Made by a program: the position numbers and the translations under genes. Shown one piece after another: positions 11,399 to 21,207 of a stretch of 64,000 nucleotides of DNA; position 1 is the first letter of the stretch; each line of letters opens with the position of its first letter. The stretch is from positions 64,001-128,000 of the IMG/VR virus record IMGVR_UViG_3300023174_003623; one strand, given 5' to 3'. The notes under the pieces are model-generated. The model did no database searches. It was not told where the DNA came from and worked only from the letters and a program-made list of their open reading frames with translations. This DNA is from a virus.

Positions 11399-14300
11399 AT
11401 GGCTAATACACGTTTTAAAGCAGAAAATGGTCTTATTGTAGTTAACGGCAATTCGCAATTCGATACTACTACTCAATTCAATGCTAACGTTACAGTTGCA
11501 GCAGATCAATGGTATATTGGTGGTAATCTTTATGTGGCCGATACAAAAGTATTCATTGGTGGAACTGTAGCTACAGCGGATATTATAGCAGGTACATCTG
11601 GATTAAAACTTGCAAATAGTACTTATCAATTTGATGCTTATTTAAGTAATGTTTATGTTTATGGAACTGCATTAAATCCAGTTGGAAACACTACTCTATT
11701 AGGAAATTCAACAAATCGTTGGGTCATTTCAGGTAACTCTCTTAATATTTCCACTACTACTGTATTAACTGGTGCTGCTAACGCTTTAAGTACGTTTGGT
11801 GTTACTGGTGCTGCTAACGCTTTAAGTACATTTGGTGTTACTGGTGCTACCACTCTTGCTAGTACTTTATCCGTTGCTGGTGCTGCTAACGCTTTGAGTA
11901 CGTTTGGTGTTGCTGGTGCTGCTAACGCTTTGAGTACGTTTGGTGTTACTGGTGCTACCACTCTTGCTAGTACTTTATCCGTTGCTGGTGCTGCTAACGC
12001 TTTGAGTACGTTTGGTGTTACTGGTGCTGCTAACGCTTTAAGTACATTTGGTGTTACTGGTGCTGCTAACGCTTTGAGTACTCTAGGTGTTAGAGGTGTT
12101 ACCACTCTTGCTTCTAATTTATCTGTTGCTGGTATAACAACATTATCTGGTAATGCTGTATTAAGTGGTAGCTTACAAACTATTTCTGGTAATACCTCAT
12201 TTAATGGTGGTGCTCTATTTGTTGATGCTATTAATAATCGTGTCGGTATTGGCACAACAACACCAGATAGAGGACTAGATGTTGCTGGGGGGTTTAGAGT
12301 TTCTCTTGCATCTGATTTTGGAAATACTACCACCCATCTTGGTGCAGCTACATTCTCCAATACTATTACAGTTACTGGTAATTCAACATTCAATAACACT
12401 GCTACATTTAATGCTAATGCTATTTTTAATAATGCGGTAACTATTTCTGGAAATTTAACGGTATCTGGCACTACGACTTATGTTAATACTCAAACCTTAA
12501 ATGTAGCTGATAATATCGTTACACTAAATGCTGATGTAGTCGGCGCTCCTCCTTCAGAAAAAGCTGGTATTGAAATTAATCGTGGAACTTCTGCTAATGC
12601 CCAATTAGTATGGGACGAAGCCGCTACTCCAAAAACATGGAAATTATCTTCTGATTCTATTACTTACTATAATATTGTAAATGAAGGCACATCAAATACT
12701 AGTTTAGATGGTGGTGTTTTATTTGTTGATGCGTTAAATAATCGTGTAGGTATTAACACAACAACTCCCGGTGCAGCTTTAAATGTCGTTGGAAACACTT
12801 TAATTACTGATACTGTTAATGCTGCTAGTTATACAGTAGGATCCAACTTCATTGCTAATACATCAAGAGTTACCATTTCAGGAATTCCATTACAAGCAAA
12901 TGGTAGCGTTGGTACTCAAGGTCAAATATTAGCAAGTAATGGTTCTATAGGATCTCCATATTGGACTACTGTACCTAGTGGTAGTGGTCCCGGCGGCGGA
13001 GGTTCTAGTACACAAGTGCAATTTAATGACGCTACTGCATTAGGGGGATCTGCTGGATTTACTTTCGATAAGACTACGAATAATGTAACTATTGCTAATA
13101 CCTTAACAGTTGGAACTGTAACTGCTACAACTGGGGTTTTTTCAAATAACTTCGTTAAAGCGCAAAAAATTGTAGCACCCACACCAATTATCAATAAAGG
13201 AACAGGTCTTCTTACTTCAATAGGAGCAACTACATCATTAGGTTCAAGCATCTTTAATCTGGCAGTTGACCCTACTGGTAGATTTCTTTATGCGCCTGTT
13301 TCAGGAGGAACTACTGTCGAGCAATATACTATTGATCAATCTACTGGTGCCTTAACTAGTATTGGTGCTGCAACAGCCGGTAATGGTCCTCGTGCTGTGG
13401 CAGTCGATCCTACTGGTAGATTCGCATATGTCAGTAATTTTACTGATAACTCGATAAGTCAATTCAGTATTGTTCAAGCTACCGGCGCATTAACTGCATT
13501 ATCGCCTGCTACAGTAGCGACGGGCACTAGCCCACAACAAAACTTGATGGTTGACCCTACTGGCAGATTTTTATACATAGGCACAACAACTGGTGGTCTT
13601 GCCTATGTTTATCAATATAGTATTGATCAATCTACTGGTGCATTAACTCTTATTCAATCAACATTACTTTCTTTTGCAACTAGTAGGTGTTCGGTATGGG
13701 TTGACCCTACTGGTAGATTTGTGTATGCCGCTGGAAGTGCTAGCATAAGCGTGTACCGTATTAATCAATCTACCGGTGCATTAACAATCGTGGGATCTGC
13801 TACGGCTCTTAGTGGCACTATATCCAGTATAGCAGGCGATCCTACTGGTAGATTCGTGTATCTTGTAGATCAAACTGGATCCCTAGTAAATCAATTCAGT
13901 ATTGATCAAAATACTGGCGCTGTAACTTCTCTCGGCACAGTGTCAACTGGAAGTACTCCAGTATATATTGCAATCAGCCCTAACGGTCTATACGCTTATG
14001 TTGTTAACAATACTGGGCCTAATATACAACAATATAGTATTAATCAAAGCACCGGTGTATTAACTAGTTTAGGAACAACTTCGGGATCAGGTATTGGACT
14101 AAGCTTGGCAGTTGACCCTACTGGTAGATTTGTTTACGGGGCTAGTTCATCCATAGGTTTATTCTTAGTAAACAATTTATCAGCCGGTAGCGTAACGATT
14201 GCGGGGTCATTAACATCATCAAGTAACTCACTGACTTTAGGAACATCAAGTATATCTTCCAGTGGATACTCTAGATTACCCAACGGTCTTTTAATGCAGT

Positions 14301-14509
14301 GGGGAAATATTTTAGCAAATTCCACAACAGCGTCTTTTAATTATCCAACAACTTTTTCAGCCCTATACAGCACACAAGCAACAGCTTCAAATTCTACATA
14401 TCATGTAACGTACACTGCTCAGTTAATTGCTGTTACAACTTCTAGTACTACTATCAGAACCGCTAATACAGCAAATACCACCGTATATTGGACTGCGATA
14501 GGAACCTAG
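11399..14509 (+). CDS. Tail fibre/receptor-binding protein with 7-blade beta-propeller and C-terminal lectin-like tip
   Basis: 12-aa shaft repeats, ISGNLTVSGTTTYVNT..L.V.DN motif, six DPTGRF blades plus one SPNGLY, and C-terminal GYSRLPNGLLMQWG. Confidence 0.8.
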   Translation: MANTRFKAENGLIVVNGNSQFDTTTQFNANVTVAADQWYIGGNLYVADTKVFIGGTVATADIIAGTSGLKLANSTYQFDAYLSNVYVYGTALNPVGNTTLLGNSTNRWVISGNSLNISTTTVLTGAANALSTFGVTGAANALSTFGVTGATTLASTLSVAGAANALSTFGVAGAANALSTFGVTGATTLASTLSVAGAANALSTFGVTGAANALSTFGVTGAANALSTLGVRGVTTLASNLSVAGITTLSGNAVLSGSLQTISGNTSFNGGALFVDAINNRVGIGTTTPDRGLDVAGGFRVSLASDFGNTTTHLGAATFSNTITVTGNSTFNNTATFNANAIFNNAVTISGNLTVSGTTTYVNTQTLNVADNIVTLNADVVGAPPSEKAGIEINRGTSANAQLVWDEAATPKTWKLSSDSITYYNIVNEGTSNTSLDGGVLFVDALNNRVGINTTTPGAALNVVGNTLITDTVNAASYTVGSNFIANTSRVTISGIPLQANGSVGTQGQILASNGSIGSPYWTTVPSGSGPGGGGSSTQVQFNDATALGGSAGFTFDKTTNNVTIANTLTVGTVTATTGVFSNNFVKAQKIVAPTPIINKGTGLLTSIGATTSLGSSIFNLAVDPTGRFLYAPVSGGTTVEQYTIDQSTGALTSIGAATAGNGPRAVAVDPTGRFAYVSNFTDNSISQFSIVQATGALTALSPATVATGTSPQQNLMVDPTGRFLYIGTTTGGLAYVYQYSIDQSTGALTLIQSTLLSFATSRCSVWVDPTGRFVYAAGSASISVYRINQSTGALTIVGSATALSGTISSIAGDPTGRFVYLVDQTGSLVNQFSIDQNTGAVTSLGTVSTGSTPVYIAISPNGLYAYVVNNTGPNIQQYSINQSTGVLTSLGTTSGSGIGLSLAVDPTGRFVYGASSSIGLFLVNNLSAGSVTIAGSLTSSSNSLTLGTSSISSSGYSRLPNGLLMQWGNILANSTTASFNYPTTFSALYSTQATASNSTYHVTYTAQLIAVTTSSTTIRTANTANTTVYWTAIGT
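11771..12110 (+). repeat. 36-nt-period repeats (GAANALSTFGVT / GATTLASTLSVA)
   Basis: ggtgctgctaacgcttt[ag]agtac[ag]tttggtgtt units interleaved with ggtgctaccactcttgctagtactttatccgttgct. Confidence 0.9.
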
Positions 14510-14528
14510 CATGGCAACCTCAAGAATA

Positions 14529-14536
14529 TATAAATA
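14529..14536 (+). promoter_or_regulatory. T4-type late promoter TATAAATA
   Basis: Exact gp55 consensus in intergenic DNA upstream of structural genes. Confidence 0.7.
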
Positions 14537-14611
14537 TGAAAGACTTGGTTGATTCTTCATATACAAAATGAATTGAGGACAAAAATGTTATCAAAATTTT
14601 GGTAAAGCAAA

Positions 14612-14941
14612 ATGGCAACAAAAGCAAATCTAATAATCGATCAAGGTTCTTCCTTTTCTACATCAATCGCTTTAACCGATAATGATGGTGTTGCATTAAA
14701 TTTGACTGGGTATACTGGTGCTGCTCAAATAAGAAAACATTATACTTCATCAACCGCAGTGACATTTACAGTTACAATTGATGAACCTAATGGAGAAGTT
14801 TTGTTGTCTTTAACATCCACGCAAACGGCTGCAATTGCGGCTGGTCGATATGTTTATGATGTAGAACTTACTATTGGAAGTTTAGTTTCTCGCGTAATAG
14901 AAGGAATCATTACAGTTACTCCAGAAGTTACCAAGGCTTAA
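14612..14941 (+). CDS. Small virion structural protein (BppU-like beta fold)
   Basis: ANLIIDQG..F...NLTGYT..AQIRK...GRYVYDVE...RVIEG..TVTPEVT family. Confidence 0.7.
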   Translation: MATKANLIIDQGSSFSTSIALTDNDGVALNLTGYTGAAQIRKHYTSSTAVTFTVTIDEPNGEVLLSLTSTQTAAIAAGRYVYDVELTIGSLVSRVIEGIITVTPEVTKA

Positions 14942-14954
14942 AGGAACTACTAAA

Positions 14955-15194
14955 ATGAAAGCCTATGTAAAATTGAACAATAACGGTGGCATCTTATCGC
15001 CAACTGGTTCTATAAGTTTAAAGAATCAGCCTAATGTATTAGCAACTATTCAAGATATTCCAGATGTTAGTGAGATTGAAGTTTCAACTGGATCAACACT
15101 AATTTATAATTCCTCTACTGATAATTATGAAATCAAGCATATGCAATTTGCAGATATTTCAGGTACTCTCGATTTAGATGGAGGCACCTTTTAA
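14955..15194 (+). CDS. Small fibre-associated protein ending LDGGTF
   Basis: Has an RBS; C-terminal LDGGTF is shared with the next gene. Confidence 0.65.
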   Translation: MKAYVKLNNNGGILSPTGSISLKNQPNVLATIQDIPDVSEIEVSTGSTLIYNSSTDNYEIKHMQFADISGTLDLDGGTF

Positions 15195-15208
15195 TTAAAG
15201 GAAATTAA

Positions 15209-16786
15209 ATGGCTAATAATACCATACAAATAAAACGAAGTTCTACTGTAGCTTCGCCACCAATATTAGCAAATGGTGAATTAGCATATTCATCTGCTAT
15301 TCATGTTCTTTATATTGGCAGTCCAACAGCAACAAATACCCCAATTCCAATTGGTGGTATAAGATCTCCCGGTACACTTACGGCTAACCAAGCAATTGTA
15401 GTAGATGCTTCGAGTTTTATTGATACTATAAAAGTAAGTGGTCAAGCAACAATGAACGTTATTGTTGCAAACGGAGCACTCGGTACTGCTGGTAGAGTTT
15501 TAACATCAAATGCTACTGGTGGCATTTTTTGGTCAACACCTTCTGCTTCCGCCACAGCATCAGGTTCAGATACACAAGTACAGTTTAACGACGGTGGTAC
15601 TGCATTTGGTGCTACGGCTGGTTTTACTTTCAATAAAGTGACAAATAATATTAGCGTTGGTAATACTCTTATTGTTCCAACTGTTAATGCTACATCGAAT
15701 TTGGCAGTAGGGTTATATGGTACAACAAATGGCGTAAATATTCAAAACACCGCGATACTTGTAGGTAATACTGCTGCATACGCTAACTTAACATTTGGTG
15801 TACTTTCCATAGTTAATGCAACAAGTACAGCAAATTTAACACCATTAGCATTAACTATTGGTACAGCAGTTGCCAACAGTACAGGATTTGTTGTAGGCCC
15901 ATTTGGTGTTACTAACGGTACAAATATCACTACAACCTCTATATTAACTGGTAACTCTACTGCTAATGCTACACATGCATATAATTTAATTCAAGTAACT
16001 AATGCAACAAGTACTGCAAATTTAACACCATTAGCATTAACTATTGGTACATTACTTGCTAATAGTACTTTTGTCAATCTTGGAACAGTAGGTACAACGA
16101 ATGGCACATCAATTGGCGTAAGTACATTTTCAATAGGTAACTCTACCGCAAACGTTACTGCAACAGGAGCAACTCTTACTTCAGATTATGTTAATGTTAG
16201 AAGAGATTTAGCAGTTTCTGGTAATTTAAGTGTAACCGGTGCTCTTGTTACAATTGATGTGAGCAATATAAACATTAGAGATCCATTAATTAAATTAGCG
16301 AAAGATAATACTACTACCGCTGATAATATTGATATTGGTTTATATGGTGTTTATACTAATACAACAGCAGGATATTTTACTGCTCTTTATAGAGATAATA
16401 CATCCAAAAATTGGAAACTAGTCGATAGTATTGCATCTGGTTCAGAACCTACTACTACTGTTACTGGTGGAACACAAGCATTATTGCAAGCGTATATAAA
16501 TGCTGGCGGGTTAATTTCTAATAGTACAGTAGTTAATATCACTGCTACACCTTCTATAAGTTCTGCGATTGTTGCTAATACTTTATCATTGACCACTGCT
16601 CTTCCAGCAACATCAGGTGGTACTGGACTAAATACATACGCTGCTGGTGATATAGCTTATGCTGGTTCTCTTAATCCCACAGCTTTAACAAAATTAACAA
16701 TCCCCGCTTCTGCTGCTAATGGACAAGTTCTTCAGATAAAAAACAATCTTCCAGCATATGACACATTAGATGGAGGCACTTTCTAA
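15209..16786 (+). CDS. Tail fibre protein (IQIKRS...L..GELA N-terminal domain)
   Basis: MANNTIQIKRS...LANGELAY start, QVQFND module, C-terminal LDGGTF. Confidence 0.75.
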   Translation: MANNTIQIKRSSTVASPPILANGELAYSSAIHVLYIGSPTATNTPIPIGGIRSPGTLTANQAIVVDASSFIDTIKVSGQATMNVIVANGALGTAGRVLTSNATGGIFWSTPSASATASGSDTQVQFNDGGTAFGATAGFTFNKVTNNISVGNTLIVPTVNATSNLAVGLYGTTNGVNIQNTAILVGNTAAYANLTFGVLSIVNATSTANLTPLALTIGTAVANSTGFVVGPFGVTNGTNITTTSILTGNSTANATHAYNLIQVTNATSTANLTPLALTIGTLLANSTFVNLGTVGTTNGTSIGVSTFSIGNSTANVTATGATLTSDYVNVRRDLAVSGNLSVTGALVTIDVSNINIRDPLIKLAKDNTTTADNIDIGLYGVYTNTTAGYFTALYRDNTSKNWKLVDSIASGSEPTTTVTGGTQALLQAYINAGGLISNSTVVNITATPSISSAIVANTLSLTTALPATSGGTGLNTYAAGDIAYAGSLNPTALTKLTIPASAANGQVLQIKNNLPAYDTLDGGTF

Positions 16787-16797
16787 GGTAAATAAAT

Positions 16798-17016
16798 ATG
16801 GATATGAATAGTGAATTTATTAATTTGTATATTGAACGAATGAAAGCGACATTAGATGAGTTTCTTGCTAAGAATATATTAGTAGAAACTCAACTAACTA
16901 TAGCTACACAACAAGTAAATGCGTTAACCAAGGAATTAATGGAAGCCAATTTAAAAATAGAACAGCTTTCTAAGAAAAAAGAAAAAGTACAAAAGACTGA
17001 AGAACATTCTTTTTAG
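16798..17016 (+). CDS. Small coiled-coil protein, putative fibre chaperone
   Basis: Heptad pattern; lies between two fibre genes. Confidence 0.55.
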   Translation: MDMNSEFINLYIERMKATLDEFLAKNILVETQLTIATQQVNALTKELMEANLKIEQLSKKKEKVQKTEEHSF

Positions 17017-17060
17017 TCTATAAACTTCCCTTGGTATATACCAATTAAATAGGGAGCCAC

Positions 17061-18398
17061 ATGGCAAATAATACATTTCAAATAAAAAGAACAACTATAT
17101 CTGGTCGTACACCAAATACAACTAGTTCTGCAAATAGTTCATATATTAATATTGGTGAATTAGCATTAAATCTTACGGATTCAATTCTTTATAGCGCCAA
17201 TTCCACTAGTGGTTTAATAACTGTCGGTTCAAATTTAACTTCCACTTCTATTGGTGGCGGTGCTCTAATTGCTAACTCCTCTAGAATTACTATTACGGGC
17301 GTTCCATTGTCTGCTAATGGTAGTGTTGGTACTCAAGGTCAAGTATTAGCGAGTAATGGTTCTACAGGATCTCCATATTGGAAAGACGACGCCACTGGCG
17401 GAGGTGGTGGTTCCCCCGGTGGATCTACTACACAAATTCAATTTAATGATGCTAGTGCATTTGGTGGTTCTGCTGGATTTACTTTTAATAAGACTACGAA
17501 TAACGTAACTATTGCTAATACGTTATTCGTGACTACTCGTGTTAATACCGCAACTTTAGATGTTACCAGTCGAGCAAACGTTGGCGCTAACGTTCAATTA
17601 TCTACAAGTAATTTATCCATAGCAAATAGCACATTTCGGGTTGATTTAACTGCAAAAACGTTAGTAATAGATAATTTAGCAGCCCAAGCAGCTATTGTAA
17701 ATTCAAGTATAATAAAAATAAACGGTCCCGGTGGCACATCTTCCTCAATGGATTCAAATACTTTTGGATTTGGTTTTGAAAGTTTTTGGACGTATGATGC
17801 TCCAAGCAGTGGAAGTACGCTTTATTTTACTAATGGAGGAGATGGCAGTTCAAATTTAGTGCCCAATGGTTTAACTCTTACTGCTTTAGATGGTTATGGC
17901 ACTCCTACTGGTAGTTATACTGTGTATAGTTCAGGAACTTATGGGAGCGCAATTGTTAGTTATTATGCAGAACCAGTCAGTTTATTTACTTATAATTTTG
18001 CTCTTGGTCCTACTAAATTATCTTTTAGTGCTGCATCTAGACCAAACTTGATAAATTTATATATTGATACTCCTGATGCTCCAACAGGAACATATAATAC
18101 TGGACAATTAGACTTATTTAAATATTCTGCAACAAATTTGAATAATAAAGATAAAGGTATGTCGGTTGTTTCTGATAGAATAACTGCATATACTTATGAC
18201 TCTGGTGGAGTATCTTCTACAGTTTATGAAGCAAATGGAAGTGGGTTTTATCATACTGGTACTGTAAATATTGGTAATTCAACTGTAAACTCAACGATAA
18301 ATTCAACAAGTTTTAAATTTTCAGATTCAACAACACAAACATCTGCTGCAACGCTTGGTATAATATATGCTACTGCGGCAGGTTTTGCTATGCCATAA
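17061..18398 (+). CDS. Tail fibre protein
   Basis: MANNTFQIKRT...GELALNLTD start; shares ANGSVGTQGQ.LASNG and QIQFND modules with other fibres. Confidence 0.75.
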   Translation: MANNTFQIKRTTISGRTPNTTSSANSSYINIGELALNLTDSILYSANSTSGLITVGSNLTSTSIGGGALIANSSRITITGVPLSANGSVGTQGQVLASNGSTGSPYWKDDATGGGGGSPGGSTTQIQFNDASAFGGSAGFTFNKTTNNVTIANTLFVTTRVNTATLDVTSRANVGANVQLSTSNLSIANSTFRVDLTAKTLVIDNLAAQAAIVNSSIIKINGPGGTSSSMDSNTFGFGFESFWTYDAPSSGSTLYFTNGGDGSSNLVPNGLTLTALDGYGTPTGSYTVYSSGTYGSAIVSYYAEPVSLFTYNFALGPTKLSFSAASRPNLINLYIDTPDAPTGTYNTGQLDLFKYSATNLNNKDKGMSVVSDRITAYTYDSGGVSSTVYEANGSGFYHTGTVNIGNSTVNSTINSTSFKFSDSTTQTSAATLGIIYATAAGFAMP

Positions 18399-18410
18399 AG
18401 GAGATATACA

Positions 18411-19175
18411 ATGCCTAGTAATATTAGTCCAATTTATACAAGAGAAGGAGACATTCAAGGTGGCGTTTTACTACAAAACCTTGCAAATGATTACTCCGGT
18501 CAGAGTGCAAACACTGTTCCCGTTTTCACTGCGAATGCTACGAATGGTGGTTTCGTTCAACGTTTAAGATTTAAAGCTGCGAACTCAGTATCTACTGCTT
18601 CGGTTGTTCGTATATACATTAATGAAGGCGTTTTAAATTTAACAGGTCTCGGTGCTCAGCCAACTTCTGTCACTGGCGTAGCGAGTTCGACTGGTGGGAG
18701 TTTATCTAATGGTACTTTTTTTGCTAGAGTGCAAACTGTAGATCAATATGGCGGATTCGGCCCAATATCTACTGAATCTTCGGGCGTTACAGTTACTAGC
18801 GGTACAGGTGTTGGCAGTATAACATGGCAATGGACAGCTTCAGCAAACGTACAATCATATAGATTATTTGTCGGTCCAGTTACTGGTGGTGAATATACAA
18901 CTTTCAATGGAACAGCAGCCAATTCATATGTACAAACTACATCAAACGGCAGTGCAATTGGCACAGTTGAAGACTTCACTTATACTAATATGCTTATAGG
19001 TGAAGTTTCTTTACCTATTGTTACAGCATCAGCTACAGCAGCCACTACAGATATTGATTATCCATTAAATATTGCTCTTCCTCCGGGTTATAGAATTTTA
19101 GTTGGATTAAATTCAACAACAGGTTTTACTGGTGGTAATGGTTGGATTTGCACGACAATTGGAGGCAAATATTAA
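18411..19175 (+). CDS. Fibre-associated structural protein
   Basis: Strong RBS; beta-rich; LALPPGYRILV C-terminal motif; precedes the Gly-rich genes. Confidence 0.6.
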   Translation: MPSNISPIYTREGDIQGGVLLQNLANDYSGQSANTVPVFTANATNGGFVQRLRFKAANSVSTASVVRIYINEGVLNLTGLGAQPTSVTGVASSTGGSLSNGTFFARVQTVDQYGGFGPISTESSGVTVTSGTGVGSITWQWTASANVQSYRLFVGPVTGGEYTTFNGTAANSYVQTTSNGSAIGTVEDFTYTNMLIGEVSLPIVTASATAATTDIDYPLNIALPPGYRILVGLNSTTGFTGGNGWICTTIGGKY

Positions 19176-20152
19176 TGTTAGATGTATTTCATGTACCGGA
19201 TAATCCAAAAACCAATCAGCAAATATTTGTTGGCACTTCCATGACAAATGGTACTAGTTGGGCAACATGGGTTAAACCGCGTGGAGTATCATTTGTTCAT
19301 ATTATAGCAATAGGAGGGGGCGGCGGAGGTGGCAGTGGAACATCTGGTGCAGTTTCAACTGCCGCTGGAGGTGGTGGTGGTGGTTCTGGAGCACAGTGTA
19401 ATTTTATCTATCCAGCATGGGCATTGCCTGATATTCTATATGTGTCTGCTGGAGCTGGAGGAAGAGGTGGCGCTGCTGCTGTAACTGCATCTGGTTCAGC
19501 AGGAACTCTTGGCATTAATTCATATGTGGCGTTTAATCCTAATATTAATCTTGTAGGAAATATTATAGCTCAAGGAAATGGTGGTGGTGCAGGTGGCGGC
19601 GGAACTGCTGGCGCAGCGGGTTCAGCAGGCGGCGCAGCGGGTGCAACTGCTATTGGTAATGCTTGGTTTGCTGGTGCCGGATTTCCTGCATTTGGAACAG
19701 CCGCTACAAATATTTCTTTAGCAGGAATGGCTGGTTCCGCTGGGGGCGGTGCTGTGGCTGGAGTTGCTACGACTTCGACTACGACGGGTTTGTTAGTTAC
19801 TGGTGGTTCTGGAGGAGCAGGGCTGGGCGCAGCAGCATCAACCGGATTTGCTGGAGGAGTTATAACTATGACGAATGTTATAGTTGCAAGTATCCCCGGT
19901 GGTACAGCCTCAGGTAGTGTAACTGGATCTGGAGGACAAGGTACAAATGGATATAGAGTAAATCCTAAATTTTTATTTTTCTTAGGCGGAACTGGAGGAG
20001 GGAGCAGCGGTGCAACTTCTGGTAATGGGGGTGACGGTGGTTCTGGTGCTAATGGATGTGGTGGTGGCGGAGGGGGCGGATGTATTACAGGTGGTACATC
20101 TGGTAGAGGTGGTAATGGCGGAGATGGTATCGTTATCATGACAGCATGGTAA
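19175..20152 (+). CDS. Glycine-rich adhesin-like protein, copy 1
   Basis: Start reassigned to the ATG overlapping the upstream TAA (matches the paralog). W.KP.GV..V.I..IGGGGGG and G.GG.G.V...W motifs. Confidence 0.75.
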   Translation: MLDVFHVPDNPKTNQQIFVGTSMTNGTSWATWVKPRGVSFVHIIAIGGGGGGGSGTSGAVSTAAGGGGGGSGAQCNFIYPAWALPDILYVSAGAGGRGGAAAVTASGSAGTLGINSYVAFNPNINLVGNIIAQGNGGGAGGGGTAGAAGSAGGAAGATAIGNAWFAGAGFPAFGTAATNISLAGMAGSAGGGAVAGVATTSTTTGLLVTGGSGGAGLGAAASTGFAGGVITMTNVIVASIPGGTASGSVTGSGGQGTNGYRVNPKFLFFLGGTGGGSSGATSGNGGDGGSGANGCGGGGGGGCITGGTSGRGGNGGDGIVIMTAW

Positions 20153-20174
20153 TTTTCATAGGAGTCATATATTA

Positions 20175-21170
20175 ATGTTAGATGTATTTCATGTACCGGG
20201 TAATCCAAAAACCAATCAGCAAATATTTTATCCCAATAATCTAGCATCCGCTAGTGCTACTGCATTTCAAACATGGGTTAAACCGCGTGGAGTAAATTTT
20301 GTGCATATATTTGCATTAGGTGCTGGGGGAGGAGGTAGTAGTGGAGCAGTTGGATCAAATTCATTAGCTGGTGGAGGAGGTGGTGGTGCTTCTGGAGCAC
20401 AGTGTAATTTATTATATCCTGCATGGTTATTGCCTGATGTGCTTTATATTTCAGTCGGAGTTGGTGGAAGAGGCGGCGCTAGTAGAGTTTCAACACTCGG
20501 AGCTGGTAATGTAGGAACTAATGGAATAACCAGTCAGGTATTGTTATATCCAGATAGTTCGCTTGCAGGAAATTACATAGCACGAGCCAATTTTGGGAGT
20601 GGTTCAGCAACTGCTCCCACTAACGTTCCTGCTGGTGGTGTTGGTGGTGTCGCTGGCGCAGTCGCAGCTATTTCTAGTGCTTGGTTTGCAGGTTTATCTA
20701 TTGCTGGATGGGGCACGGCTGCTACAAATATTTCTTTAGCAGGGCAAACTGGAGCCACTGGAGGAACAACTTCGTTCCCTGTATCTTCATCGGCTCCAGC
20801 GACTGGATTATTAGTTACTTGTGGATCGGGTGGTGCTGGATTGGGTGCTGCCGGTTTAGTTGGAAGCAACGGTGGGAATATAAACAATGTAACTATTCTT
20901 CCCACTAATGTTCTCGGTGGTGTTGCATCAACATCGTTAACTGGGAATGGAGGTTCAGGAACTAATGGGTTTAGAGCAGATCCTAAGTTTTTATTTTTCT
21001 TAGGCGGAACTGGTGGTGCTAGTGGTGGCGGTAATGGCGGTAATGGCGGTAATGGCGGAGATGGTTATTATGGATGTGGTGGAGGTGGAGGTGGAGCCGC
21101 ATTAACAGGCTTTTCAAGTGGTGCCGGCGGTAATGGCGGAGATGGTATCGTTATCATGACAGCATGGTAA
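20175..21170 (+). CDS. Glycine-rich adhesin-like protein, copy 2
   Basis: Paralog of 19175..20152 with near-identical termini. Confidence 0.75.
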   Translation: MLDVFHVPGNPKTNQQIFYPNNLASASATAFQTWVKPRGVNFVHIFALGAGGGGSSGAVGSNSLAGGGGGGASGAQCNLLYPAWLLPDVLYISVGVGGRGGASRVSTLGAGNVGTNGITSQVLLYPDSSLAGNYIARANFGSGSATAPTNVPAGGVGGVAGAVAAISSAWFAGLSIAGWGTAATNISLAGQTGATGGTTSFPVSSSAPATGLLVTCGSGGAGLGAAGLVGSNGGNINNVTILPTNVLGGVASTSLTGNGGSGTNGFRADPKFLFFLGGTGGASGGGNGGNGGNGGDGYYGCGGGGGGAALTGFSSGAGGNGGDGIVIMTAW

Positions 21171-21207
21171 AACATAAATAGAATAAACTATATTACCGGA
21201 GATATAA

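Noticed and set aside
9028-12471. Long minus-strand ORFs (9028-9891, 11659-12471) and similar ones at 19570-20247 and elsewhere
   Set aside because: Antisense shadows of repetitive Gly/Ala/Thr-rich genes, with no RBS or promoter support.
14511-14552. 13-codon ORF after fibre gene 11399
   Set aside because: Too short, no RBS, and it overlaps a late promoter.
8471-21170. Diversity-generating retroelement or invertase shufflon acting on fibre genes
   Set aside because: No reverse transcriptase or recombinase, no adenine-specific template/variable repeat pair and no inverted cassettes in the window.
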